A DNA stretch of 64,000 nucleotides from an uncultured Clostridia bacterium. Lineage in GTDB: Bacteria > Bacillota > Clostridia > TANB77 > CAG-508. The notes beneath the pieces were generated by a model. It was not told the origin of the DNA. It did not search any database and saw only the letters and a program-made list of their open reading frames with translations. Location of the stretch: NCBI GenBank assembly GCA_946401865.1, contig CAMIVO010000001.1:10026-74025 (forward strand). Reading direction: 5' to 3'. The position numbers were made by a program, and so were the translations under genes. Shown here in pieces: positions 49,239-58,718 of this stretch. Positions within the stretch are counted from its first letter, which is position 1. Each line of letters starts with the position of its first letter.

Positions 49239-49272
49239 TAAATATTTTGGCTTTAGTAGGAGAAAATAGTAT

Positions 49273-49908
49273 ATGGATGTAAATAATAACTTAAGAAACT
49301 ATATAGAACAAAATATTTTTCCACTATATGAGAAAAATTATATTGGTGATGGAATAGATAGAATTAAATATGTTATAAAACGAAGTGAAAATATAATTAA
49401 AGAAAATGATTTAAAAGTGAATGATGATATCTTATATACAGCTATAAGTTATCATGATATTAGAAAAAATAATGATGAAAAAAATCATGAAAAGATTAGT
49501 GGAGAGATAATGTTTAAAGATGAGTTTTTGGCAAGCTATTTTACATTAGAGCAAAGAAAAATTATTCAAGAGGCAATAGAGGACCAAAGAGCAAATGCGG
49601 AAAACGAGCCTAGAAATATATATGGAAAAATATTATCTTCTGCCTCTAGAAACTCATCTGTTGAACAATGTTTAAAAAGATCCTATATTTATGGTAAAAA
49701 GAAAAATCCAGACTTATCTGATGTAGAAATTTTTGAGGGTGCATATAAGGTGCTTTCTAATAAGTTCGGAGAAAACGGATATGCTAAATTCTATTTTAAA
49801 GACACCACATATGAAAATTTTCTAAAAGATATAAGGCAATTGCTTTCTGATAAAAATAAATTTATTGAAGCTCAAAGAGCATGTATTGCCAATCTAAATC
49901 TAATATGA
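49273..49908 (+). CDS. HD-domain phosphohydrolase
   Basis: 211 aa with the YHDIRK H..HD pattern. Confidence 0.65.
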   Translation: MDVNNNLRNYIEQNIFPLYEKNYIGDGIDRIKYVIKRSENIIKENDLKVNDDILYTAISYHDIRKNNDEKNHEKISGEIMFKDEFLASYFTLEQRKIIQEAIEDQRANAENEPRNIYGKILSSASRNSSVEQCLKRSYIYGKKKNPDLSDVEIFEGAYKVLSNKFGENGYAKFYFKDTTYENFLKDIRQLLSDKNKFIEAQRACIANLNLI

Positions 49909-49921
49909 GGGGCAACATAAA

Positions 49922-50593
49922 GTGGATGCTATTAATGCACAATTAAAAGAATATATCGAAAAAAGCATATTTCCAAAATATAATAAATATTATTCACATG
50001 GTATGATACATATTAATAGTGTTATTAATAATATGTTGATGCTTGCAAATTATTATAACTTAGACCAAAATATGGCATATGTAATAGCCAGTTATCATGA
50101 TATAGGTTTAAATGTAAATAGGGAAAATCACGAATATGAATCTGGTAAAATTTTAGAAAGTGAAATAGAATTAAAAAAATACTTTACACCTGAACAAATT
50201 GAAGTAATGAAACAAGCAGTTGAAGATCATAGAGGATCTAGAAAAATAAGACCAAGAAATATTTATGTTGAATGTGTTTCTGACTCTGACAGGGATTTCG
50301 ATATAAAAATTCATATAAAAAGACAGATTTCAACATCAATTAAGAATTATCCACAAAAAAAATCTTTTGATGAACATTTTAAAAATTGCTATGAGTATGC
50401 CTGCGAAAGAATTAATGATAATGGTAAATTTAATCTATGGACAAATAATCCTATTTTAGTTGAAAGAAGAGATAATTTTCAAAAGGATTTCTTAAATAAA
50501 GAATATGCTAAATTGCTTTACAAAGAAGAATGGGATAGAATCTCAGCAGATGGTACAAAAGAAAAAATAATAAATTTTTATGAAGATTATTAA
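49922..50593 (+). CDS. HD-domain phosphohydrolase (tandem paralogue)
   Basis: 223 aa with a GTG start; shows HINSV...YHDIGL...EDHRG. Confidence 0.65.
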   Translation: MDAINAQLKEYIEKSIFPKYNKYYSHGMIHINSVINNMLMLANYYNLDQNMAYVIASYHDIGLNVNRENHEYESGKILESEIELKKYFTPEQIEVMKQAVEDHRGSRKIRPRNIYVECVSDSDRDFDIKIHIKRQISTSIKNYPQKKSFDEHFKNCYEYACERINDNGKFNLWTNNPILVERRDNFQKDFLNKEYAKLLYKEEWDRISADGTKEKIINFYEDY

Positions 50594-50611
50594 AAAGCAA
50601 TTTAAAAAATC

Positions 50612-50800
50612 TTGACAAATACTGAAATATTAAGTACAATAAATAAAGATATTATGAGATAATTAAATATAAAGATAAAAATATGGAAACCAAGGGAGTA
50701 TTTTCTTTGATTTCCATATTTTTATTGTTATAAAAAAACTTTATAATACAAAATCAAAGATTCTTTCTGGTTTCAAATATATTAAAAGGAGGATAATAAA
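50612..50800 (+). promoter_or_regulatory. Promoter plus conserved structured leader L1 with an intrinsic terminator (candidate attenuator/riboswitch or sRNA)
   Basis: TTGACA 50612-50617, 17 nt, TACAAT 50635-50640. Terminator ATATGGAAACCAAGG...CTTTGATTTCCATAT plus T-run at 50681-50726, then a second hairpin before the RBS. Near-duplicate at 55883-56073. Confidence 0.55.
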
Positions 50801-51679
50801 ATGATTGATTTACATATACATACAACTTGTTCAGATGGACAATTAACTGTAAAGCAATTACTAAAAAAAGCAAACAGTGAAGGAATATCTGTAATTTCTT
50901 TTTGTGATCACAATGTTTTAGGTGCATATCAAGTATTAGATAATATGGATTTAAGTAAATACAGAACAAAAATTATAACAGGTATAGAATTCGATTTTGT
51001 ATTTAAACATAAAGACTTTCACATGTTGGGATATGATTTTGATTGGAAAATGATGAATAAAAGTAATTTAATAAATACCAAAAGTGACGAAGAAATTATT
51101 CAAGAGGAAAATAAAAAATTAACCTTTTTAAAAGAAGTTTGTAGAAAACAAGGAATTAAATTTGATGAAGATTTAATTATAAGTAGAAAAAATGATAAAT
51201 CAAGCACTGTTATGAAATATCATATGATGGAATTTAAAGAAAATGATAAGATTTTAGATGAAATGCTAGGTAAAAATAGAGAAAAAAGTTTTGCAAGAGG
51301 CTATGTACATAATCCTAATAGTCCATTCTTTATAGATGAAACAATTGGATTACCCACAGCAATTGATGTAGCAAATTTAATACATTCATGTGGTGGTAAG
51401 GTAGTTTTGGCACATCCTTTTGACTATAAGGATATAAATCACAAACAATATATTCAGGATATCTATAATTTAGGCATTTTAGATGGTATAGAATGTTTAC
51501 ATACAAGACATGGAATTGAACAAATTGAGTATATTAAGTGTTTTTGTCAAAAAAACAATTTATTGATAACAGGTGGAAGCGATTTTCATAGAGAACTAAA
51601 ACAAACCTTAGGATATGGTGCTAGTGGTACTATTCCTATAACTGAAGAATATTGCTTAAAAAATGTAGATAATTTTTAA
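50801..51679 (+). CDS. PHP-domain phosphoesterase
   Basis: 292 aa with MIDLHIHTTCSDG and CDHN motifs. Confidence 0.8.
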   Translation: MIDLHIHTTCSDGQLTVKQLLKKANSEGISVISFCDHNVLGAYQVLDNMDLSKYRTKIITGIEFDFVFKHKDFHMLGYDFDWKMMNKSNLINTKSDEEIIQEENKKLTFLKEVCRKQGIKFDEDLIISRKNDKSSTVMKYHMMEFKENDKILDEMLGKNREKSFARGYVHNPNSPFFIDETIGLPTAIDVANLIHSCGGKVVLAHPFDYKDINHKQYIQDIYNLGILDGIECLHTRHGIEQIEYIKCFCQKNNLLITGGSDFHRELKQTLGYGASGTIPITEEYCLKNVDNF

Positions 51680-51793
51680 ACAAAAAAAACTAAGATAAAT
51701 CAAATTATAAAATAAAATTGAAAACAAATTGCTTTAAATGTTGTTTTTTATGTATATATGTGATAAAATACATAAAAAAGGAGGCAGAAAAAA

Positions 51794-52120
51794 ATGAGTG
51801 ATGGTAAAAATAAACTAATAATAAAAAATTTAATTAGTTTTATTCTTTCATTTTTCCCTAGATTTAGTATGATATTATTTGCATTATGTCTAAAATCAGA
51901 AAATATTGATTTCAAAGATGCAATGGATAATGCTTTTGGGACAATAGTTTTTGGACCTTTTGCATTAATTATATTATGTATGAGTTTATTAATTGCTTTA
52001 CCAGCTTTTATAATGACGATAAAATATATGATAGAAATTATAAAAAGCAAGAAAAAAATAGTAATTCCGATAATAGAAATTTTGATTTATATATTAGAAA
52101 TTATTAGATTTATAAAATAA
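51794..52120 (+). CDS. Small membrane protein
   Basis: 108 aa with three predicted hydrophobic helices. Confidence 0.45.
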   Translation: MSDGKNKLIIKNLISFILSFFPRFSMILFALCLKSENIDFKDAMDNAFGTIVFGPFALIILCMSLLIALPAFIMTIKYMIEIIKSKKKIVIPIIEILIYILEIIRFIK

Positions 52121-52170
52121 TTATATATGAATTTAATCTTTATTCAAAAATAAAAAAAGGAGTTTTTTTA

Positions 52171-52898
52171 ATGATTAAAAAATAGCAAAACCTATAAATT
52201 TAGTATACACTGGTCAAAATATTAATCTTCCAAAAAGTTTAAAGGATAAAATTGAAGATTTTTGGAGTAAAGCAATTTTAGAAACTCCAACGTTATATAA
52301 TGGAGAAGATTTTGCAGTTGAAGAAGTCACAGAGGCAGAAAATGAAATTATTATAAAAGTTTCTAAAACAAATTATGCTCACTATTTATATGACGAAAGA
52401 ATTGGAATAGATGATGAAAAATATAGATGTATTTGTCCATGGAGTGGAATTTTACTTTTAACAAACGATAATTATTGGGTGTTTGGACAAGCAAGTGAAA
52501 AAACTTCTTTTCCAAATGGTTTCCAATTATCTGGTGGTGGAATTGATAAAAAGGACATAACAGGCTCAAATATTGATTTAATTCAAAATTTAAAGCGCGA
52601 ATTAAAAGAGGAAGTGAATCTTAATTTAAATGAAATAAATTATAAATTTCAGTACATCGAATATCCAAATACTAAAAGAAATGCTTATGGATTTATTGCA
52701 GTTGGTAAATTAAATATGTCAAAAAACGAATTGCAAAATCATTTTAAACAATATAAAGAATTTTTAGAAAAGAATAATTTAGAAGTAGAATTCAATAATT
52801 TAATATTTCTTAAAAAGGGTGAGGCTATTAAGGAATTAGATTCATATACTAATCCTAAAAGGGTCTATTTAAGAGATTTGATTTCTGAAGTTGAATGA
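52171..52898 (+). pseudogene. NUDIX-like hydrolase with a frame break in an A6 run just after the start codon
   Basis: GGAG RBS and ATG 52171, then atg att aaa aaa TAG. One extra A would give MIKKIAKPINLVYTGQN..., joining the long frame that contains the track ORF 52479-52898 (GGGID...LKRELKEEVNL). Confidence 0.6.
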
Positions 52899-53469
52899 GA
52901 TAAAATCAAAAGAAGTGAAAAGACAATATTTGAAAAAAATAGCAGAGGAGCTAAAACATAATAAGATGGAATTATGGGAAGTATTAGATAAAAATGGAAA
53001 TAAGACAGGTGAAATAATGGAAAAAAATGATGAAACATTTTTTGAAAAAGGCTTTTGTCATTTAGGAGCAGAGATATGGATTATAAATAGTAAAAATAAA
53101 TTTTTAATTCAAAAAAGAGCTAGCAACAAAAAAATTTTTCCCAACATGTGGGCTATGATGGGAGGTTCTGTTATTGCAGGTGAAAACCCAAAGCAAACAA
53201 TTGTAAGAGAGGCTAAAGAAGAGTTGGATATTAATATTGATATTAATAAATTAGAATTTATAACCAAATTTAGAGTAGACTCACTTATAGTAGAAACATA
53301 TTTATTAAGAAATGATTTTAAGATAAAGAACATGAAGTTAAAAAAAGATGAAGTATCTGAAGTAAAATGGATGACACTAAAAGAAATTGAAAATTTAGTT
53401 GATAAAGAACAATTTTTTAAAAATAGATGGAAATATGTAAAAAAATATTTAGATAATTTATATATCTAA
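52891..53469 (+). CDS. NUDIX hydrolase
   Basis: 192 aa with Nudix box GGSVIAGENPKQTIVREAKEELDI. Confidence 0.8.
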   Translation: MNEIKSKEVKRQYLKKIAEELKHNKMELWEVLDKNGNKTGEIMEKNDETFFEKGFCHLGAEIWIINSKNKFLIQKRASNKKIFPNMWAMMGGSVIAGENPKQTIVREAKEELDINIDINKLEFITKFRVDSLIVETYLLRNDFKIKNMKLKKDEVSEVKWMTLKEIENLVDKEQFFKNRWKYVKKYLDNLYI

Positions 53470-53545
53470 AAATTCAACTTTGAACCAAAAACAGCGAGAG
53501 AGTACAGGAAACAAGGATGTAAGATTGTGCAAAATGAAATATACG

Positions 53546-53565
53546 ACATTGTACAAAATAAAAGT
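53546..53565 (+). repeat. Motif M copy 1 (ACATTGTACAAAATAAAAGT), with a half-copy at 53524-53539
   Basis: One of six copies of ACWTTGYAYAAAATNAAAGT, all on the plus strand upstream of cassette genes. Confidence 0.7.
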
Positions 53566-53629
53566 TTCCGTGCATTGCGATGCTGAAAAATCAATAGTTA
53601 CATAATATTGATATCAGACTGATAGATAG

Positions 53630-53658
53630 TTGTAATTATCAGTCTTTTGTTATATAAT
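53630..53658 (+). promoter_or_regulatory. SigmaA-type promoter (shared module with 60210-60238)
   Basis: TTGTAA-17-TATAAT. The block TAGTTGTAATTATCAGTYTTTTGTTATATAATAA is repeated upstream of the deaminase gene. Confidence 0.55.
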
Positions 53659-53727
53659 AAGTAAAAATTAAGAACATAAGTAATATTGCGCACAGGCAGA
53701 AGATTTAAATACTAAAAGGAGATTTTT

Positions 53728-54339
53728 ATGATAATTATAGAGGAAAATAACATAAATAAAGTATGGAAAAACGCATTAGAAAAGCTATATAAAAATGGGT
53801 ATATACCACAAGATTCAAGATTTTTTAAAATGGATACATTAATAATCGAAATGAATGAGCCTGAACTTTGCGAACCAGATTCCCAATTTCCAATGGATAA
53901 AGCTAATATAGATATTATTAATAACTTTATTATTACTGGAGAAAATGAGAAAAAAGTATGCCATGAATGGACCAAACTATATTTTCATAGATTATTTGAT
54001 AATCCCAATTCTCAAATTGAATATATGATAGAAAGAATAAAAAAAGATAGAGTAGGTATTGCATGTAATTGGATAAAAGATGACCAAAAAGCTGAAATCA
54101 AACCTTGCATGCTAAGTATTACTGCAAGTAACGAAAATGGAAAAGTTAATTTCCAATTACATTCAAGAGCATGTAATATATATGACAAGTTACTCATGAA
54201 TCTTCAAGAATTTATTACGGTACAAAAATATATTGCATCAAGATGCAGCTTGAAGATAGGAAGATTCACCATGTTTATAGATTATGCACAGATTTCAGTA
54301 AAAGACAAAAAGAAAGTAGAAGATATAATTTCTAAGTAA
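53728..54339 (+). CDS. Divergent thymidylate-synthase-fold protein (ThyA / dCMP-hydroxymethylase-like)
   Basis: 203 aa. RVGIACNW...KPCMLSITASNENGKVNFQLHSRACN...MNL aligns with ThyA RRIIVSAWN...[25 protein letters not shown]...FNI. Confidence 0.6.
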   Translation: MIIIEENNINKVWKNALEKLYKNGYIPQDSRFFKMDTLIIEMNEPELCEPDSQFPMDKANIDIINNFIITGENEKKVCHEWTKLYFHRLFDNPNSQIEYMIERIKKDRVGIACNWIKDDQKAEIKPCMLSITASNENGKVNFQLHSRACNIYDKLLMNLQEFITVQKYIASRCSLKIGRFTMFIDYAQISVKDKKKVEDIISK

Positions 54340-54394
54340 TTCATTTTATTTTTTTAGATTTAATTATAATTTATCAAAAAAATGGAGAAAAAAT

Positions 54395-54943
54395 ATGGAC
54401 AATTATATAATAATTCATGGTTCATATGGTAATCCATATAAAAATTGGATTCCATATTTAAAAAAGAAATTAAGTATTAGAAAACTAAATTGTATTATAC
54501 CAAGTTTTCCAACGCCACACAATCAAAACTATAATTCTTGGGAAACAGTACTTTTAGCTTACTTTAAGGTTGGATATATAACTGAGAATACTACCATTAT
54601 AACACATAGCTTAGGCAGTATCTTTGTTGTAAAATTTTTAATAGAAAACAAAATTAAAGTGAAAAGAATTATAACTGTTGCAGGTTTTAATAAAATAAAA
54701 TATGATGAAGATAATTCATTATATGATTCTTTTTATATGGAAGATAACGAATTGAATAAAATTGTTGATTTATGTGAAGATATTTATTGTTTTTATTCTG
54801 ATAATGATCCATACGTCAATATTGACAAAGCAATGCAGTTTGCTAAATTAATAAATGGAAAAGGAATTTTAATAAAAAACGCAGGGCATTTTAACGAAAA
54901 GTCTGGATATATTGAATTTAAAGAATTATTAAAATATATTTAA
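54395..54943 (+). CDS. YdeN/RBBP9-type serine hydrolase (alpha/beta fold)
   Basis: 182 aa with IIIHGSYGNP, the nucleophile motif THSLGS and C-terminal D...GHF. Confidence 0.65.
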   Translation: MDNYIIIHGSYGNPYKNWIPYLKKKLSIRKLNCIIPSFPTPHNQNYNSWETVLLAYFKVGYITENTTIITHSLGSIFVVKFLIENKIKVKRIITVAGFNKIKYDEDNSLYDSFYMEDNELNKIVDLCEDIYCFYSDNDPYVNIDKAMQFAKLINGKGILIKNAGHFNEKSGYIEFKELLKYI

Positions 54944-55075
54944 ATTAAGAATATAAAATAATAGTTCTAAATAGCTTAAAAGATAAAAACATTACAAGAA
55001 GAGAGGGCTCAAATAAAAATGGAGTGTGGAAGATTATAGAAAAACACTAATTTATAACTGCTTTTATATAGGAGT

Positions 55076-55714
55076 ATGAATAACATGGATGATATAATAA
55101 AAAATACAATCAAATTTTATGTTTTATGCAATAAATTAAAGGATTTAATTAGAAAAGGTCCATTAACATGGAATGTAAAAAGAGAAAGAATAGAAAGTGT
55201 AGCAGAACACATTTATGGTGTTCAAATGTTAGCAATTTCAATTTATTTTCAATTCAATTATAAGTTAGATTTAAATAAAGTTATATTTATGCTTGCAATT
55301 CACGAATTAGAAGAAATTAAAATAGGTGATTTAGCTTTTTATGAAACAACTCGTGTAGATAAATTAATAAATGGTAGGAAAGCTACAGAATATATTTTAG
55401 AAAATTTCAGTGGAAAAGAAGAAATATTAAATTTATTAGACGAATATAATGAAAGAAAAACTGAAGAAGCAATTTTTGCATATCATTGTGATAAATTAGA
55501 ATGTGATATTCAAATGAAACTATATGATCAAGAAGGATGCCTTGATTTAAATAATCAAACAAAAAATCCAATAATAAATCTTCCTAGTGTTAGAAAAGTT
55601 CTAGATAGTGAGAAAAATATTTCTAATGCTTGGATTGAATTTGATAGAGATAAATATGAAAATGACCCTATTTTTATTGATATCATCAATTGGCTTAAAG
55701 ATAATAAGATTTAA
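55076..55714 (+). CDS. YfbR-like HD-domain 5'-deoxynucleotidase
   Basis: 212 aa with ESVAEHIYGV...AIHELEEIKIGDL. Confidence 0.7.
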   Translation: MNNMDDIIKNTIKFYVLCNKLKDLIRKGPLTWNVKRERIESVAEHIYGVQMLAISIYFQFNYKLDLNKVIFMLAIHELEEIKIGDLAFYETTRVDKLINGRKATEYILENFSGKEEILNLLDEYNERKTEEAIFAYHCDKLECDIQMKLYDQEGCLDLNNQTKNPIINLPSVRKVLDSEKNISNAWIEFDRDKYENDPIFIDIINWLKDNKI

Positions 55715-55750
55715 AAAAGTATGATTTGATTTAGATTATATATAAAATAG

Positions 55751-55814
55751 GGAATAGAAGTTGATTTGCAATTTTTTGAAAAATATAATTTTTAAAATTG
55801 CAAATTATTTTATT
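55751..55814 (+). terminator. Terminator module H copy 1
   Basis: GGAATAGAAG box, then ATTTGCAATTTT...AAAATTGCAAAT stem followed by a T-rich tail. Confidence 0.6.
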
Positions 55815-55882
55815 AATATAGAAAAATGATTTTCAAAAGATATATTAAATAAAATATTGACATCGGAAAAAACGCAAATCTA

Positions 55883-56073
55883 TTGAAAAATCGTAAAATA
55901 TATGTATAATAAATAAAGTTGTAATGAGATAATTAAATATAATAATGTAGATATGGAAACCAAGGGAGTGTTCTCTTTGATTTCCATATTTTTATTGTAA
56001 AAAATCACACTTTATAATAAGAAATTAAAGCTACTTTCTGGTTTTAAATATATTAAAAGGAGGATTAAGGAAT
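55883..56073 (+). promoter_or_regulatory. Promoter plus conserved structured leader L2 (duplicate of L1)
   Basis: TTGAAA-16-TATAAT (55905-55910). Terminator at 55951-55996 is identical in its stem to L1, and the second hairpin shows a C-to-T change that keeps pairing (C-G becomes U-G). Confidence 0.55.
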
Positions 56074-56505
56074 ATGAGTGAAAGACATGTTTCAAGAATA
56101 GTAGTTGATTTACTGCTAGAAAGGAGAATCTCTACAACAGGTAAAACAGAAATTCTAATGATGTTAGCAGAGTATTTAGACAATCAATATGATTTACCAG
56201 GTGGACATTTAGAACCAGGAGAAGATTTATATGAGGCAATGATAAGAGAAGCAAAAGAAGAGTTGGGAATTGAGATAGAAAGAGAAGATATGCAAATGGT
56301 TCATATTTATCATCATTTTGAAAAAGACATGTTAAAATTTGTTTTTAGAGTTAAAAAATTTAAAAACGAAATACAAAACTTAGAACCCGAAAAGTGTAAA
56401 GAATTAAAATGGGTAGACATTGAGAATTTACCAAATAACACAATAAGTGGAATAAGAAAAGAACTAGAGTATATTAAATCAAAAAAGTATTATAGCTGTG
56501 ATTAA
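56074..56505 (+). CDS. NUDIX hydrolase
   Basis: 143 aa with Nudix box GGHLEPGEDLYEAMIREAKEELGIE. Confidence 0.85.
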   Translation: MSERHVSRIVVDLLLERRISTTGKTEILMMLAEYLDNQYDLPGGHLEPGEDLYEAMIREAKEELGIEIEREDMQMVHIYHHFEKDMLKFVFRVKKFKNEIQNLEPEKCKELKWVDIENLPNNTISGIRKELEYIKSKKYYSCD

Positions 56506-56712
56506 ATTATAAGTAAACAAAGAAAGGAGCCGTTTTAAAATGAATGATTTAGCAGTAGTTTTAAGTAATGTGAATTGCCATGATTATTGTAAAAAAAGAT
56601 ATAAAAAAGAAAATGAGCTATCAGAATAACTTTCAAAAGAATTATATTTGAATTACAATATGGATGAAAGTTAGTAGAAGCATACTTTGATAGGCCTATT
56701 TTGCAATATGTG

Positions 56713-56732
56713 ACTTTGCACAAAATAAAAGT
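56713..56732 (+). repeat. Motif M copy (ACTTTGCACAAAATAAAAGT)
   Basis: Upstream of the NUDIX gene at 56840; preceded by the inverted half ATTTTGCAA. Confidence 0.6.
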
Positions 56733-56839
56733 GTCTGGACATTTAAACAATCATGAAAACTACTTTATAATAAAATTTGCTAAAAGTCTTGTTAATTTTG
56801 TTCGTATATGTTAAAGTATTTACAAACGGAGGTAACCAA

Positions 56840-57331
56840 ATGAATGATAATAAAAAAATTACAACTTATGATGTTTTTAATAACGAATATACCGTTGATT
56901 TAGAAAACCTTGATTTATCAGTCCACATATATGGAATTGCAATAAACGATAATAAAATTTTAATTTCTCCTCAATATGATGGTTATGATTTTCCAGGTGG
57001 AACCATAAAAAAGGGAGAAACACACATTGAAACTTTAATTCGTGAATTTCAAGAGGAAACAGGCTATTTAGTAGAGCCTACAGAAATAGTAAAAGTTTAT
57101 ACATCTTTTTTTCACCATAATAAAAGAAATAAAGATTATCAAAGCTACTTAATATTTTACTTTGTCAATATTGTTGATGGAAAAATTTCTGATGAGGGAT
57201 TTGATGAAGATGAAAAAGAATATGCCCAAAAAGCAAAATGGGTGGACATAGAATATCTTAGAAACAATAAACATTCGTGTAGCATTAATATAAAAGATGA
57301 ATTAATTGATTCAATTTTAAATAGATTATAA
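56840..57331 (+). CDS. NUDIX hydrolase
   Basis: Nudix box GGTIKKGETHIETLIREFQEETGY. Start placed at the ATG after GGAGG (track ORF begins at TTG 56777). Confidence 0.8.
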   Translation: MNDNKKITTYDVFNNEYTVDLENLDLSVHIYGIAINDNKILISPQYDGYDFPGGTIKKGETHIETLIREFQEETGYLVEPTEIVKVYTSFFHHNKRNKDYQSYLIFYFVNIVDGKISDEGFDEDEKEYAQKAKWVDIEYLRNNKHSCSINIKDELIDSILNRL

Positions 57332-57404
57332 AAATATTATATAAATATAATAACAGGAGAAAGAAGAGTACATAGCAAATGATAATGAAACCAGGAGGAA
57401 AGAG

Positions 57405-57773
57405 ATGAAAATATATATTTCACATTCAAGCAAATATGATTATACAAGCAAAATTTATAATCCTATCAAAAATTCTAATTTAATACAATCTAATACAATT
57501 TTTTTACCACATGAAGACAAAGATAAAATAGTAAACACAAAAGATATTATTTCCAATTATGATTTAGTAATTGCAGAAGTATCATTACCAGCTACGGGGC
57601 AAGGTATAGAATTGGGTTGGGCAGATTATGCTAAAACACCTATATTGTGTATATATGAAAAAGGAAGAAAAATAAGTTCATCATTAAAATTTATTACAAA
57701 TAATTTTATTGAATATGAAGATATTAATGATATGGTAAACAAGATAAGCAATTTTATTAAAGTAATGAAATAA
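57405..57773 (+). CDS. Nucleoside 2-deoxyribosyltransferase-like protein
   Basis: 122 aa with MKIYISHS...LVIAEVSLPATGQGIELGWA, typical of the NDT/Rcl-like fold. Confidence 0.55.
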   Translation: MKIYISHSSKYDYTSKIYNPIKNSNLIQSNTIFLPHEDKDKIVNTKDIISNYDLVIAEVSLPATGQGIELGWADYAKTPILCIYEKGRKISSSLKFITNNFIEYEDINDMVNKISNFIKVMK

Positions 57774-57903
57774 ATACATAAAAATAGACACAATGTTCAA
57801 AATATTTAAACTTAATTAAAATTTGCAGTTTTGGAGGTAGGTGACGAAAAATATTAATTGGTTTTTCAATAATAATTAATATAATAATTCAGGAGAATAG
57901 AAT

Positions 57904-58718
57904 ATGAAAATAAAAAGAGGATTATCAATACTTTTTTATATGATTTTTTTTATATTTTTACCTATATATAGTGAATATTTAGAATATATTCAATTAAATG
58001 AAATGTATAGAGTAATATTAATATTATCATTATTTTTTTTAGATGCTATATTTTGCATATATATGAATAACATTGAAGACGAAGTATATAAAAAACTAAG
58101 AGTACCATATGTGATATTATGGTCTTTGATAATATTATCATTTTCATTTATAATATTTTTATCTATAGAAATCATATTATGTTTTTGGGCTTTCTTATTT
58201 ATAGTATATACATTAATTAAGTTTTTTGTTTACAAAAAAGTTTCCGAAAATCCATTAGAGAAAACAGTACTGAGTGGTGGCAAATTTAGATTTATAATTA
58301 TAATAATATTTTTTATACGGTATAATTGGATTTTCGATATATAAAAATATGTCTGTACTGACTATATATAATAAAACAACCACAGGTTTTTTTGTTGATT
58401 ATGAAAAAGAAAAAATATATAATATCTATGAAAAATATTATCCAATATTTTCTTACGAAATAAATGGAAGTAGATATACAAATTTTACAGATACACCTGT
58501 TTTTTTTAGAATTCATAAACCTGAAGATGAGAAAGAAATAAAACTGTTGTACAATGAAAGTAATCCAAATCATATTATTGTTAAAAGTCAAGTTATTTGG
58601 AATGTTATTCGGTGCTATAATTGTTTTTCTATTGATATTAATTATTATAATATTATATACAAAATATTATTTGAAATATAATAATAAAAAAGCTCAGAAA
58701 AATAAAAATATGGAATAA
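57904..58718 (+). pseudogene. Membrane protein (N-terminal TM bundle, soluble DUF3592-like middle, C-terminal TM) read through three frames via two in-frame CGG breaks
   Basis: Skipping C58318 joins ...IIIIFFI-GIIGFSIYKNMSVLTIYNK... Skipping C58610 gives ...QVIWNVI-GAIIVFLLILIIIILYTKYYLKYNNKKAQKNKNME* (a clean TM helix) ending at 58716-58718. Confidence 0.65.

Noticed and set aside
50641-50726. Known riboswitch class (for example ykkC subtype linked to NUDIX genes) for leader L1/L2
   Set aside because: The leader is extremely AT-rich. Apart from the terminator stem it lacks the GC-rich conserved cores I associate with ykkC-type or purine-type aptamers. It is kept only as an unclassified candidate.
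53533-53598. Short ORFs overlapping motif M (for example MKYTTLYKIKVSVHCDAEKSIVT), whose translations share K-Y-I/T-T-L-Y/H-K-I-K-V
   Set aside because: Start codons and RBS are not conserved between the six copies (ATG in one, GTG in one, none in four). Each frame opens just after a stop, and the downstream sequences diverge immediately. The conservation is at the nucleotide level.
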